From the NCBI GenBank assembly GCA_964591015.1, contig CAZPXM010000006.1, positions 1 to 63,304 of the forward strand: 63,304 bases of DNA, in the 5' to 3' direction. Each line of letters begins with the position of its first letter. Within the stretch, counting starts at the first letter, position 1. Shown piece after piece: positions 1 to 9,561 of the stretch. The notes beneath the pieces are model-generated. The model was given only the letters and a program-made list of their open reading frames with translations. It was not told where the DNA came from and did no database searches. This DNA is from an uncultured Gemmatimonadaceae bacterium (GTDB lineage Bacteria; Latescibacterota; UBA2968; UBA8231). Made by a program: the position numbers and the translations under genes.

Positions 1-1471
1 GGTGGAGGTTGGGCTTGGTGACCTCGAGGTAGTAGCCGAAGACCTGGTTGTAGCCGACCTTGAGCGACCTGATGCCGGTGCGCTCGCGCTCGCGCGCCTG
101 CAGCCGGGCGATGAACTCCCGGCCTCCCGCGGCAGCCTGGCGCAGCGCGTCGACCTCGGCGTGGCAGCCGTCGCGGATCAGCCCTCCTTCGGCCAGCGTC
201 AGGGGGGGGTCGTCGACCAGCGTCTCCCGTATCCTGTCGACCAGTTCGCTGACGTCGGGCAGGCCGTCGCTGGCGAGCTGGAGCAGCAGGGGCGCCTCCA
301 GGCGGGCGATCTCGGCGCGGATGGCCGGCAGGTCGGCCAGCGAGCGGCCCAGCGCCACCAGGTCGCGGGGATTGGCGCGCTGGCAGCAGACCCGCGCCAC
401 CAGCCGCTCGAGGTCGCCGATCGGCTGCAGGTGGGCGGCAAGGCGGTCGCGCGTCTCCCGGTGGGAGTACAGCGCTTCCACCGCGTCCAGGCGCGCGCCG
501 ATCGCGGTGGCGTCGCGCAGGGGGGCCAGCAGCCACCGGCGCAGCAGGCGGGCCCCCATCGGTGTGCGGGTCCGGTCGAGTGCCTCCAGCAGGGAGCCGG
601 CGCGGCTGCCGTCCTGCTGGTTCTGGAGCAGCTCCAGGTTGCGCTGGGCCGCCGCGTCCAGCACCAGGGCCTCATCCGGCCGGCGCCGCGCGACGCGGCT
701 GATGTGGCTGACGGCGCCCCGCTGGTTGTCGCGCAGGTAGCGGATCGCGGCACCGCCGGCGCAGACGGCGGCGTCGAGATCCTCGCAGTCGTAGCCGCTG
801 AGCGACTGCACCTGGAGCTGCTCGCGCAGCACGTCGTAGGCGGTGGCGTAGCTGAAGGCCCAGGCCTCCATGCGGGTCACGGCCGCCGTGGGGAGCGCGC
901 GCTGCAGGTCGTCCAGCCACGGCGCCGGCGCGTCGTCGGGGACCAGCAGCTCGGCTGGCGCCATCGTCGTCAGCGCGTCGGCCAGGCGCGCCCGGGGCAC
1001 TTCCTCGAGGCTGAAATCCGCGGTGGACAGGTCCACCAACGCCAGGCCGGTCAGCTCGCCGCGCGGGCAGAGCGCTGCCAGGTAGTTGTTCCGCTGCCGG
1101 TCGAGCAGCGCATCGGACAGGGCCGTGCCGGGCGACACGACCTGGACGACCTCGCGCCGGACCACGCCCTTGGCCTGGCGTGGATCCTCGACCTGCTCGC
1201 AGATAGCCACCCGGCGCCCGTGCCGGATGAGCTTGGCCAGATAGCCTTCGACCGCGTGGTGGGGCACGCCGGCCAGGGGAACCTCGCCGGCAGTCTTGCC
1301 GTGGTTGCGCCTGGTCAGCGTCAGCCCGAGCAGCGCGGCGCCCTCCTGGGCGTCTTCGTAGAACATCTCATAGAAGTCGCCCATGCGGAACAGCAGGATG
1401 GCGTCCGGGTACTCCCGCTTGAACCGGTGGTACTGCTCCATGGCTGGAGTGAGCGAGCTCCCCGCCGGCAT
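1..1471 (-). CDS. mutS: DNA mismatch repair protein MutS (N-terminal part; runs off the window start)
   Basis: Not in the ORF track because it is truncated. Manual minus-strand translation from the ATG at 1471 gives MPAGSSLTPAMEQYHRFKREYPDAILLFRMGDFYEMFYEDA (MutS domain I GDFYE motif), and the window edge reads ERTGIRSLKVGYNQVFGYYLEVT. Confidence 0.97.
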   Translation of the reverse strand, partial: MPAGSSLTPAMEQYHRFKREYPDAILLFRMGDFYEMFYEDAQEGAALLGLTLTRRNHGKTAGEVPLAGVPHHAVEGYLAKLIRHGRRVAICEQVEDPRQAKGVVRREVVQVVSPGTALSDALLDRQRNNYLAALCPRGELTGLALVDLSTADFSLEEVPRARLADALTTMAPAELLVPDDAPAPWLDDLQRALPTAAVTRMEAWAFSYATAYDVLREQLQVQSLSGYDCEDLDAAVCAGGAAIRYLRDNQRGAVSHISRVARRRPDEALVLDAAAQRNLELLQNQQDGSRAGSLLEALDRTRTPMGARLLRRWLLAPLRDATAIGARLDAVEALYSHRETRDRLAAHLQPIGDLERLVARVCCQRANPRDLVALGRSLADLPAIRAEIARLEAPLLLQLASDGLPDVSELVDRIRETLVDDPPLTLAEGGLIRDGCHAEVDALRQAAAGGREFIARLQARERERTGIRSLKVGYNQVFGYYLEVTKPNLH

Positions 1472-1581
1472 GGCAGACCTCGGACCGGGTGGCGACGCGA
1501 GCGCGGCCGGGCGGGCGAGCCGAGCGCCGGCCAGCAGGCAACCGGCCTGGCCGGCGCTCGCTCCGCCTCGCGCCGAGGCGC

Positions 1582-3369
1582 TCAGTGGCCGGATTCGGCC
1601 CAGGTGTTCATCTCGTCCTCGCCATCGGCGGCGATCTCGCCCTCGACCTCGCGGAGCGGGTGCTCGGCCAGGTACCGCTCGTACTCGGCCTGATCCTTGT
1701 CCTTGAAGTACTCGCGGACGCTCAGGACGATCTTCTTCTGGTCGGGCTCCAGCTCCATCACCTTCAGGGGCAGGATCTGCCCTTCGGCGAAGTACTGGTG
1801 CGGGTTCTGAATGCCGTCGATGCCCAGTTGCGACATCGGCACGAAGCCGTCGACGTCGTCATCCTCCAGCAGCACCACCACGCCGCGCTCCAGGATGCGC
1901 TGAACGCGGCCGTGCGTCTCGGTGCCCACGCCGTACTTGCGGGCGAACTCGGGCCAGGGGTTGGCGAAGGCCAGCTTGTGGCTCAGCGAGATGCGGCGCC
2001 GCTTCTTGTCGATGTCAGTGACTACTACCGGGATGACGTCGCCCTTCTTGAACATCTCGCTGGCCTGGCGGATGCGCCGCGTCCAGGACATGTCAGAGAT
2101 GTGGACGAGGCCGTCGATGTTGGGCTCGATCTCGACGAAAGCGCCGAAGTTGGTCAGGCTGCGAACCGTTCCCTCCAGGCGCGTCCCCGGCGGGTACTTG
2201 GTGTCCAGCGTCTCCCACGGGTCCGCCTCGGTCTGCTTCATGCCCAGGGAGATCTTCTGGCCCTCTCTGTCGACCTTGAGGACCATCACCTCCACCCGGT
2301 CGCCGATCTGCACGAGCTTGGACGGATGCCGCACATGCTGGGTCCACGACATCTCGGAGATGTGCACCAAGCCCTCGATGCCCTCCTCCAGCTCGACGAA
2401 GGCGCCGTAATCGGTGATGCTGACCACCCGGCCCTGGACCTTCTGTCCCTCCTTGTATTTCTCCTCGATGTTCTCCCACGGGTGCCGGGTGAGCTGCTTC
2501 AAGCCCAGCGAGATGCGCTCGCGCTCGCGATCGTAGTTGAGCACCTTGACGCGGATCCGGTCGCCGATGGACACCATCTCCGACGGATGGCCGACGCGGC
2601 CCCACGACATGTCGGTGATGTGCAGCAGGCCGTCCAGACCGCCCAGGTCGATGAAGGCGCCGAAATCGGTGATGTTCTTGACGACGCCCTCGCGGATCTG
2701 GCCTTCCTCCAGCTCCTTGACGAGTTCGGCGCGCATCTTCTCCCGCTCTTCCTCCAGCACGGCCCGGCGGGACACGACGATGTTGCGGCGAGCCTTGTTG
2801 AGCTTGATGATCTTGAACGGGAACTCCTGCCCGATGAACTGATCGAAGTTCTTGACCTGGCGGATGTCGATCTGCGAACCGGGCAGGAACGCGTCGACGC
2901 CGAACAGGTCGACGACGATGCCGCCCTTGATCCGGCGCATCAGGCGACCCTGGACCGTGTTGCCGGTGTCGTGCGCTTCCTTGATGATGTCCCACACGCG
3001 CATGAAATCGGCCTTCTGCTTCGAGAGGACCACCTGCCCGTCCTGGTCCTCGACGCTCTCGAGGAAGACCTCGATCTCCTGGCCCACCTGGATCGCTGCC
3101 GGATCGCTGAACTCCTTGATCGGGATCGAGCCCTCCGACTTGAAGCCGATGTCGACCAGCACCTCCGTCGGCGTCACCGACACCACCCGGCCCTTGACGA
3201 CCTGGCCTTCCTTGATGCCGGAGATGCTCTCCTCGTACATGGCCATCATCTCGTCGTGCTGTCCGGCCGAGTACTCGGGGGCCTCCAGATCCTCCGCGCG
3301 CGCATGTCCGTAGACCACGGGCTCCTGAGGGACGCTGTGGCCGGCGTCCGCGGCGTTCTGCTCTGTCAT
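1582..3369 (-). CDS. rpsA: 30S ribosomal protein S1
   Basis: Repeated S1 domains (VKNITDFGAFIDLGGLDGLLHITDMSW; DYGAFVELEEGIEGLVHISEMSW); follows cmk. Confidence 0.98.
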   Translation of the reverse strand: MTEQNAADAGHSVPQEPVVYGHARAEDLEAPEYSAGQHDEMMAMYEESISGIKEGQVVKGRVVSVTPTEVLVDIGFKSEGSIPIKEFSDPAAIQVGQEIEVFLESVEDQDGQVVLSKQKADFMRVWDIIKEAHDTGNTVQGRLMRRIKGGIVVDLFGVDAFLPGSQIDIRQVKNFDQFIGQEFPFKIIKLNKARRNIVVSRRAVLEEEREKMRAELVKELEEGQIREGVVKNITDFGAFIDLGGLDGLLHITDMSWGRVGHPSEMVSIGDRIRVKVLNYDRERERISLGLKQLTRHPWENIEEKYKEGQKVQGRVVSITDYGAFVELEEGIEGLVHISEMSWTQHVRHPSKLVQIGDRVEVMVLKVDREGQKISLGMKQTEADPWETLDTKYPPGTRLEGTVRSLTNFGAFVEIEPNIDGLVHISDMSWTRRIRQASEMFKKGDVIPVVVTDIDKKRRRISLSHKLAFANPWPEFARKYGVGTETHGRVQRILERGVVVLLEDDDVDGFVPMSQLGIDGIQNPHQYFAEGQILPLKVMELEPDQKKIVLSVREYFKDKDQAEYERYLAEHPLREVEGEIAADGEDEMNTWAESGH

Positions 3370-3484
3370 CGTTCGTTGCTCTGGTTGGAGTGGAGCACGG
3401 CGGCCGGCCTGCGGCCGTCGCGCGCCAGCGACATGCTGGCCGGCCCGGGCGTTCCGGGCCGGGAGAACAGGTGAACTGCCACGC

Positions 3485-4165
3485 TCAGGCGCCGTGTCGA
3501 CGAGCCAGCGCGACGACGCGCTCGATCTGCTCGTCCAGGGTCATGCCGGTCGTGTTCAGCTCGATGACATCACGGGCCGTGCCCGAGGCGCCGTAGTCGC
3601 GCGCGGCGTCCTCGGCATCCCGCCGCCGGATGTCAGCGGTCACTTGCTCGAGTGTCGTTCTCACCCCCTTTGCCGTCAACTCGCGGAGGCGCCGCTGCGC
3701 CCGCGCCGCCAGCGACGCGACCAGGCGGATCTTGACCTCCGCGTCCGGGAACACCACCGAGGCGATGTCGCGGCCTTCGGCGACCACGCCGCCGTCCGCT
3801 CCCAGACGCTGCTGCTGCGGCACCAGCGCCCGCCGCACGAGCGCCGAGTCCGCGAAGGCACCCACCCGTCGGCTCACCTCCGGCTGCCGGATGGCCTCGC
3901 TGACGTCCTCGCCGTTCACCAGCACGGCGCCGCCCTGCGGCGCCGGCAGCAGCTCGATGTGCGTGGCCGCCAGCAGCGACGCCAGCGCCTGCGCATCGCC
4001 CGGCTCCACGCCGGCCCGCATGCCGGCGAGCGCCACGGCGCGGTACATGGCGCCCGTGTCCAGGTGGCGGTAGCCCAGCCGGGCGGCCACGCCGCGGGCC
4101 GTGCTGGACTTGCCCGCGCCGACGACGCCGTCGATGGCGATGATCAGGCCCGCGGGTCGCGCCAT
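3485..4165 (-). CDS. cmk: Cytidylate kinase
   Basis: IAIDG..GAGKS P-loop, LDTGAMYRA and VAEGRDI motifs; cmk-rpsA synteny. Confidence 0.96.
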   Translation of the reverse strand: MARPAGLIIAIDGVVGAGKSSTARGVAARLGYRHLDTGAMYRAVALAGMRAGVEPGDAQALASLLAATHIELLPAPQGGAVLVNGEDVSEAIRQPEVSRRVGAFADSALVRRALVPQQQRLGADGGVVAEGRDIASVVFPDAEVKIRLVASLAARAQRRLRELTAKGVRTTLEQVTADIRRRDAEDAARDYGASGTARDVIELNTTGMTLDEQIERVVALARRHGA

Positions 4166-4178
4166 GCCGCCTCGTGTC

Positions 4179-4976
4179 TCACTCCTGCGCCGGGAGGCCG
4201 ACCCGGGACCTGAGCGCCGCGATCTCGGGCGGCGCCAGGCGCCGCCAGGTACCCGGCTCTTCCAGGTCGAGCGCGAGCCCGCCGAAAGCGCGCCGATGGA
4301 GACGCCGCACCGGGTGGCCCACGGCGCGCAGCATGCGGCGCACCTGGCGCTTGCGGCCCTCGTGGATGCCCAGCAGCACGACGGCCTGGGGACGGCCGCT
4401 GCTCGCCTCGACCCCGAGCAGACGGACCGCGGCCGGCGCGGTCCAGCCGTCTTCCAGCTCCACGCCTTGCCGCAGGCGCTCCAGCGCCGGCTCGGCGGGA
4501 ACGCCGTCGACCGTCGCCTCGTACTCCTTCTCGACGGCGTACCGCGGATGCATGAGCCGGAACGCCAGCTCGCCGTCGTCGGTCAGCAGCAGCAGGCCGG
4601 TGGTGTCCTGGTCCAGCCGCCCCACCGCCACGGTCCCTGGATGCAGCCCGGCGAAGTACTCGTAGATCGTCCGACGCCCCCGCTGGTCGCGCCTGGTGAC
4701 CAGGCACCCCGCAGGCTTGTGGAAGACGATGTACTCGCACGCACTGGGCAGCCGCACAGGTCGACCGCGGCACTCGACCGCATCGGTGGCCGCGTCCACG
4801 ACCATTCCGGGGTGGAGGGCCACGGCGCCGTTGACCCGCACCAGTCCCGCCTGGATCAGCGCGTCGCTGGCCCGCCGGGAAGCCACCCCGGCGCGCGCCA
4901 GGAAGCGGTTCAGCCGCATGGCAGTCGCAGCCGCGGGCACGGTGCCGGCGCCCCCGTCAGCCGGCCTGCTGGTCAT
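4179..4976 (-). CDS. rluB: RsuA/RluB-family rRNA pseudouridine synthase (start may be the later MRLNRFL Met)
   Basis: S4 domain RLNRFLARAGVASRR, catalytic VGRLDQDTTGLLLLTDDG, EGRKRQVRRM; scpAB-rluB-cmk synteny. Confidence 0.92.
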   Translation of the reverse strand: MTSRPADGGAGTVPAAATAMRLNRFLARAGVASRRASDALIQAGLVRVNGAVALHPGMVVDAATDAVECRGRPVRLPSACEYIVFHKPAGCLVTRRDQRGRRTIYEYFAGLHPGTVAVGRLDQDTTGLLLLTDDGELAFRLMHPRYAVEKEYEATVDGVPAEPALERLRQGVELEDGWTAPAAVRLLGVEASSGRPQAVVLLGIHEGRKRQVRRMLRAVGHPVRRLHRRAFGGLALDLEEPGTWRRLAPPEIAALRSRVGLPAQE

Positions 4977-5679
4977 CGTCTGCGCGGCCGCTCCCCGCGC
5001 CGCTGGCGCCAGGAGTCAGCTCTGCCGGGACGGCCGGCCCCTGTGGCGGGCCGCCGCCGTCCGCGGCGCCCGGCGGCAGGGCGAGGCCGGCCGGTGCCTC
5101 CCCGCGCTGCCGCTCCTGGGCCTTCTGTTCGCCGGCGGCCAGCAACTCCTCGAGCTCTCTGGGTCTGGGCAGGTCGGCCAGGCTGTTCAGGCCGAAATGG
5201 ATGAGGAACTCCTTGGTGGTCCCGAACAGCATGGGCCGGCCGACACCCTCCGAGCGACCGACCAGGCGGATGAGATCGAGCTCCATGAGCTTCTGGAGCA
5301 CGCCGGTCGAACTCACGCCGCGGATGTTGTCGATCTCCACCCGCGTCACGGGCTGCTTGAAGGCGATGATCGCCAGCGCCTCGAGCGCCGCCTGCGACAG
5401 CCGGATGGTGGTGCGGTCCCGGTGGTAGCGGCGCACCCAGGCGCCCAGCTCGGCGCGGGTGGCGAACTGGTAGCCGCCGGCCACCTCGACGATCGCCAGG
5501 CCGTGCCCGTTCTCCTGGTAGTGCCGGTTCAACTCGGCCACCATCTCCCGCACGTCCCGGAGCTTGTGGCCGTCCAGCAGCTCGCACAGACGGGCCGGGA
5601 GCACCGGCTCTTCGGCGGCCAGCAGGATGGACTCGATGATCGCCTGGGCCCGCGCGCGCGGCAGCTCCGACTCCGTCAC
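4957..5679 (-). CDS. scpB: SMC-Scp complex subunit ScpB
   Basis: GTG start overlapping the scpA stop (GTGA); EVAGGYQFATR, LSQAALEALAIIAFKQPVTR and GRPMLFGTTKEFLIHFGLNSLADLP motifs. Confidence 0.96.
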   Translation of the reverse strand: MTESELPRARAQAIIESILLAAEEPVLPARLCELLDGHKLRDVREMVAELNRHYQENGHGLAIVEVAGGYQFATRAELGAWVRRYHRDRTTIRLSQAALEALAIIAFKQPVTRVEIDNIRGVSSTGVLQKLMELDLIRLVGRSEGVGRPMLFGTTKEFLIHFGLNSLADLPRPRELEELLAAGEQKAQERQRGEAPAGLALPPGAADGGGPPQGPAVPAELTPGASGAGSGRADDDQQAG

Positions 5680-6482
5680 GACTCGGTCCCTTCGGCCCGC
5701 ATCACCGCCGCCGTGACCGCCGGCGTCGCCGCTGCCGGCACCGCGGGCTCGATCCAGATGTCGGCGAACGGCTGCGCCTGCTGGACCCGGATCCGGTGCG
5801 ACCTGAGCAGCTCCAGCAAGCCGACGAAGGTGGCCACCAGAGCGATCCGGCTGCGTCCTTCGACCAGCTCCACAAAGCGGATCCGGACCCGCTGTTCGAG
5901 CACGGCGAGCACGTAGTCGATGCACTGCTCGACGGTGGTCTCCTCGTCGATGACCTGGTGCACCAGGCGCTGCGGCACCGCCTCCAGGACGTGCTGGTAG
6001 ACCTGCAGCAGCGCGAACAGCGAGACCGGCTGCAGGTGCGCCTCGGCCGCCTCGCCCTCGGCGACGCCCTGCCGTCTGAGGAACAGGTCCGCCTGCGCCT
6101 TCTTCTGCAGCCCCAGCCAGTCGGCGATCTCCTTGTACTGCTGATACTCGAGCAGCCGCCGGACCAGTTCCTCGCGCGGATCCTGCCCAGGCTCCGCCTC
6201 GACGTCGCCGATCTCGCGCGGGAGCATCATCTGCGCCTTCACCTTCAGCAGCGTCGCGGCCATGAGGATGAAATCGGATGCCTGCTCCACGTCGAGCCGG
6301 TGGAGGTCCTGCAGGAACCGGAGATACTCGGACGTGATGCGCGCGATCGGGATGTCGTAGATGTCCAGCTCATCCTTGCGGATGAGATAGAGCAACAGAT
6401 CGAGCGGCCCCTCGAACACGTCCAGCTTGACCTCGTAGGAGGCCGCATCGGTGGCGACGATGTCCGGGGCGACGTCGGTCAT
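5676..6482 (-). CDS. scpA: Segregation/condensation protein ScpA (kleisin)
   Basis: FEGPLDLLLYLIRKDELDIYDIPIARIT, DPREELVRRLLEY and TFVGLLEL motifs. Confidence 0.96.
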   Translation of the reverse strand: MTDVAPDIVATDAASYEVKLDVFEGPLDLLLYLIRKDELDIYDIPIARITSEYLRFLQDLHRLDVEQASDFILMAATLLKVKAQMMLPREIGDVEAEPGQDPREELVRRLLEYQQYKEIADWLGLQKKAQADLFLRRQGVAEGEAAEAHLQPVSLFALLQVYQHVLEAVPQRLVHQVIDEETTVEQCIDYVLAVLEQRVRIRFVELVEGRSRIALVATFVGLLELLRSHRIRVQQAQPFADIWIEPAVPAAATPAVTAAVMRAEGTES

Positions 6483-6566
6483 GGGGCGAGAACAGGGCCT
6501 CTCGGAGCGGTCAGCTCGAGGAAGTGCGAACGGGAGCGCGACGAACGCCAGCCGGCGCGCCCCGCG

Positions 6567-7070
6567 CTAGTCGATGAAAAGGTAGGGGTGCCAGCGATGG
6601 TCGTTCACCCCGACGAAGTTGCGAATGAAGGTGATGTTGTTCGGCCGGCTGGGCTTGCGCCGGAGCTTCATCCCCACCTGCTCGGGCCGGCGGTCGCCCT
6701 TGCGGTTGTTGCAGTGCGTGCACGCGCACACCAGGTTCTCCCAGGTCTCGCCGCCGCCCTCCTTGCGCGGGATGATGTGGTCGAGGGTGAGCTTGTCGCC
6801 GCGCAGGCCGCAGTACTGGCACTCGTAGTTGTCGCGCCGGAACACGTTGCGCTTCGACAGCACCACGCGCCGCCGCGGCGCATGGATGTAGCGCTGCAGG
6901 CGCACGACGCTGGGGACCGGGAACTCGGCCGACACCGAGCGCACCATCTCGCCCAGCAGCTCGACCGCATGCGCCTTGCCGTTCAGGATGAGCAGCAACG
7001 CCCGCCGGACGCTGCAGACGCTCATCGGCTCGTAGTTCTGGTTCAGCAACAAGACCTTTCGGTTGAGCAT
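6567..7070 (-). CDS. HNH endonuclease (McrA-like, stand-alone)
   Basis: VLLLNQNYEP N-terminus; RDNYECQYCG..LTLDHIIPR..GG..WENLVCAC..CNNRKG zinc-binding HNH motif; ATG at 7070. Confidence 0.93.
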   Translation of the reverse strand: MLNRKVLLLNQNYEPMSVCSVRRALLLILNGKAHAVELLGEMVRSVSAEFPVPSVVRLQRYIHAPRRRVVLSKRNVFRRDNYECQYCGLRGDKLTLDHIIPRKEGGGETWENLVCACTHCNNRKGDRRPEQVGMKLRRKPSRPNNITFIRNFVGVNDHRWHPYLFID

Positions 7071-7176
7071 GGCACCCAGCCTTCGCCTCGTTCCCACCGG
7101 AGGCTTGGCGGTCCGGGCCGGCGCCGTCGCGTCGGGAGGCCCGGACTCGTTCCGCGTCGCGGCGAGAGCCGGGCAG

Positions 7177-7206
7177 AATCTAGAGCCGCCGGCTGGACGT
7201 CGTCAA
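7177..7206 (-). promoter_or_regulatory. Putative sigma70 promoter for the HNH-scpAB-rluB-cmk-rpsA block
   Basis: Minus strand TTGACG-N18-TAGATT in the gcvH/HNH intergenic region. Confidence 0.5.
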
Positions 7207-7260
7207 GGCGCCCACGCCCGTCCCGGCGCGGCGGCGCGGCAGGGAGCCAGCGCGCGTAGC

Positions 7261-7653
7261 TCACTGGGCGCCAAGCAGCTTGCGATACTCCTCTGCGGCC
7301 ATGAGCCCCTCCAGCTGGGCCCGGTCCTCCAGGCGCACGCGGATCATCCAGCCCGCCCCGTACGGTGCGCTGTTGACGAGTTCGGGGTGGTCAGTCAGGG
7401 CGTGGTTGACCTCGACGACCTCCCCAGAAGCGGGTGCGATGAGGTCGGCGACGGTCTTGACGGCCTCGATCGTGCCGAAGGATTCGCCGGCGCGCACCGT
7501 CGCGCCGACCGCGGGTATCTCGACGAACACGATGTCGCCGAGCTCCGACTGGGCGAAGTCGGTGATGCCGAACGTCGCCAGGTCGCCCTCGACCTGCACC
7601 CACTCGTGCGACGCCGCGTACAGGAGCTGTTCGGGGATCTGCGTCTCGCTCAT
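7261..7653 (-). CDS. gcvH: Glycine cleavage system H protein (lipoyl carrier)
   Basis: SHEWV..GITDFAQSELGDIVFVE, lipoyl-Lys EAVKTVAD, PELVNSAPYGAGW; GGAGG RBS before the ATG at 7653. Confidence 0.97.
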   Translation of the reverse strand: MSETQIPEQLLYAASHEWVQVEGDLATFGITDFAQSELGDIVFVEIPAVGATVRAGESFGTIEAVKTVADLIAPASGEVVEVNHALTDHPELVNSAPYGAGWMIRVRLEDRAQLEGLMAAEEYRKLLGAQ

Positions 7654-7654
7654 G

Positions 7655-9031
7655 TCATCCTCCTCGGCCACTGTCCGGAAGGGGCCCCAGGTCGAGCTGC
7701 TTGCGCCGGACGAATTCCGTGTCGAATCGCCCCGCCACGAAGTCCGGGTCCTGGAGCAGGGCGCGATGATAGGGAATCGTCGTGGCGATCCCGTCGATCG
7801 CGATCTCCTCCAGTGCTCGCCGCATCCGCATCAGGCTCTCCGGCCGGTCGCGGCCGTGGGTGATCACCTTGGCCAGCAGCGAGTCGTAGTGGGGAGGCAT
7901 GGTGTACCCCTGATACAGATGGCTGTCCACTCGCACTCCGGGCCCGCCGGGAAAGTGCAGCGCCGTGATCTGGCCGGGCGAGGGGGCGAAGTGGCGGCGC
8001 GGGTCCTCGGCGTTGATCCGGCACTCGATCGCGTGCCCGCAGAGGTGGACGGCGTCCTGCCCGTACCCGAGTGGCTCTCCGGCCGCGATGCGGATCTGCT
8101 CCTTCACCAGGTCGACGCCCGAGACCATCTCGGTGACCGGGTGCTCGACCTGGATGCGCGTGTTCATCTCCATGAAGTAGAACCGGAGGTCGGGATCCAC
8201 CAGGAATTCCACGGTGCCGACGCTGTGATAGCCGACGCTGCGGGCACCGGCGATGGCCGCGGCGCCGAGCTGCCGGCGCAGCTCCTCGCTCACCGCCGGC
8301 GAGGGGCTCTCCTCCAGCAGCTTCTGGTGCCGCCGCTGGATCGAGCACTCCCGTTCGCCCAGGAAGACCAGATTGCCGGCCGCGTCGCCGAGGAGCTGGA
8401 TCTCGATGTGCCGCGCCCGCTCCACCGAGCGCTCCACGTAGAGCGCGTCGCTGGCCAACGTGCTGCGCGCCTCCAGCGTGGCCATGTGCCACGACTCGGC
8501 CAGCTCGTCGGCGCTGCTGACCACGCGCATGCCGCGGCCGCCGCCGCCGGCGGCAGCCTTCAGGCGCAGCGGGTAGCCGATCTGAGCGGCCAGGCGGCGG
8601 GCCTCCTCCAGCGAGCCGACCTGGCCGTCGCTGCCCGGGATGATCGGCACACCGGCGGCCGCCATGGAGCGTCGCGCCAGGGCCTTGTCGCCCATGCGGC
8701 GGATCGCCTCGGCGGGAGGGCCGATGAACTGGATGCCGCACTGGGCGCACAGCGCCGCGAACTCGGCGTTCTCGGCCAGGGGCCCGTACCCGGGATGGAT
8801 GGCGTCGGCGTTGGCCAGCTCGGCCGCGCTGATGATGTGCGCCACCTTCCGGTAGCTGGCCTCTCCCGGCGGCGGGCCGATGCACACGGCTTCGTCCGCG
8901 AACGCCACGTGGAGCGAGTGGCGGTCGGCCTCCGAGTACACGGCCACGGTCGAGATGCCGAGCTCGCGGCAGGCACGGATCACCCGCAGCGCGATCTCGC
9001 CCCGATCGGCGATGAGGATCTTCCCGAACAA
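7655..9031 (-). CDS. accC: Acetyl-CoA carboxylase, biotin carboxylase subunit
   Basis: RGEIA, HPGYG, GGGGRGMR, ERECSIQRRHQK, EMNTRIQVEHPVTE and ECRINAEDP motifs. Confidence 0.96.
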   Translation of the reverse strand: MFGKILIADRGEIALRVIRACRELGISTVAVYSEADRHSLHVAFADEAVCIGPPPGEASYRKVAHIISAAELANADAIHPGYGPLAENAEFAALCAQCGIQFIGPPAEAIRRMGDKALARRSMAAAGVPIIPGSDGQVGSLEEARRLAAQIGYPLRLKAAAGGGGRGMRVVSSADELAESWHMATLEARSTLASDALYVERSVERARHIEIQLLGDAAGNLVFLGERECSIQRRHQKLLEESPSPAVSEELRRQLGAAAIAGARSVGYHSVGTVEFLVDPDLRFYFMEMNTRIQVEHPVTEMVSGVDLVKEQIRIAAGEPLGYGQDAVHLCGHAIECRINAEDPRRHFAPSPGQITALHFPGGPGVRVDSHLYQGYTMPPHYDSLLAKVITHGRDRPESLMRMRRALEEIAIDGIATTIPYHRALLQDPDFVAGRFDTEFVRRKQLDLGPLPDSGRGG

Positions 9032-9046
9032 CGGCGATGGTCCCGG

Positions 9047-9523
9047 TTACAGGGGACGCAGCCTGATCAGCGGCTGGTTGTACTCGACGGGATCGCCGTT
9101 GGCCACCAGGATCTCGATCACCTCGCCCTCGACCTCGGCGTGGATCTCGTTCATGATCTTCATGGCCTCGATGATCCCGACCGTCTGGCCGATATGCACC
9201 CGATCGCCCGCCGAGACGAACGCGGGGGCGTCCGGGGACGGCGAGCGATAGAAGGTCCCCACCATGGGCGAGGCGATCACCACGCCGGAGGCCTCGGCGG
9301 GCGCCTCGGCGGCTCGCGCGGCCTCGGAATGGGGCGCTGGCGCCGCCGCCGGCGCTGCCGCCGCGGATTGCGCCCCGAGGGGGCCGACGGCCTGCGGAGC
9401 AGCGGCGCGCCGGCGCACGATCCGCACGCGCGTCCCGCGCCAGAAGCTGTGCTCCAGCTCGAGTTCCTCGACGTCGGTACCCTGCAGCAGCTCCAGCAGC
9501 CGTTTGACTCTCGATTCGTCCAA
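9047..9523 (-). CDS. accB: Acetyl-CoA carboxylase biotin carboxyl carrier protein
   Basis: SPMVGTFYRSPSP and EAMKIMNEI biotinylation motif; Ala/Pro-rich linker. Confidence 0.97.
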   Translation of the reverse strand: MDESRVKRLLELLQGTDVEELELEHSFWRGTRVRIVRRRAAAPQAVGPLGAQSAAAAPAAAPAPHSEAARAAEAPAEASGVVIASPMVGTFYRSPSPDAPAFVSAGDRVHIGQTVGIIEAMKIMNEIHAEVEGEVIEILVANGDPVEYNQPLIRLRPL

Positions 9524-9561
9524 TGGGCCTCCCGTGCCCGTGCGGGGCGGTGGGCAGCAGC

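Noticed and set aside
2-1693. 563-aa plus-strand ORF and many similar long antisense ORFs (1489-3474, 7280-9580, 33762-35909, 36977-39457, 39932-43228, 55143-57272)
   Set aside because: They are shadows of real genes on the opposite strand; high GC3 codon bias removes antisense stop codons, and the translations have no recognisable motifs.
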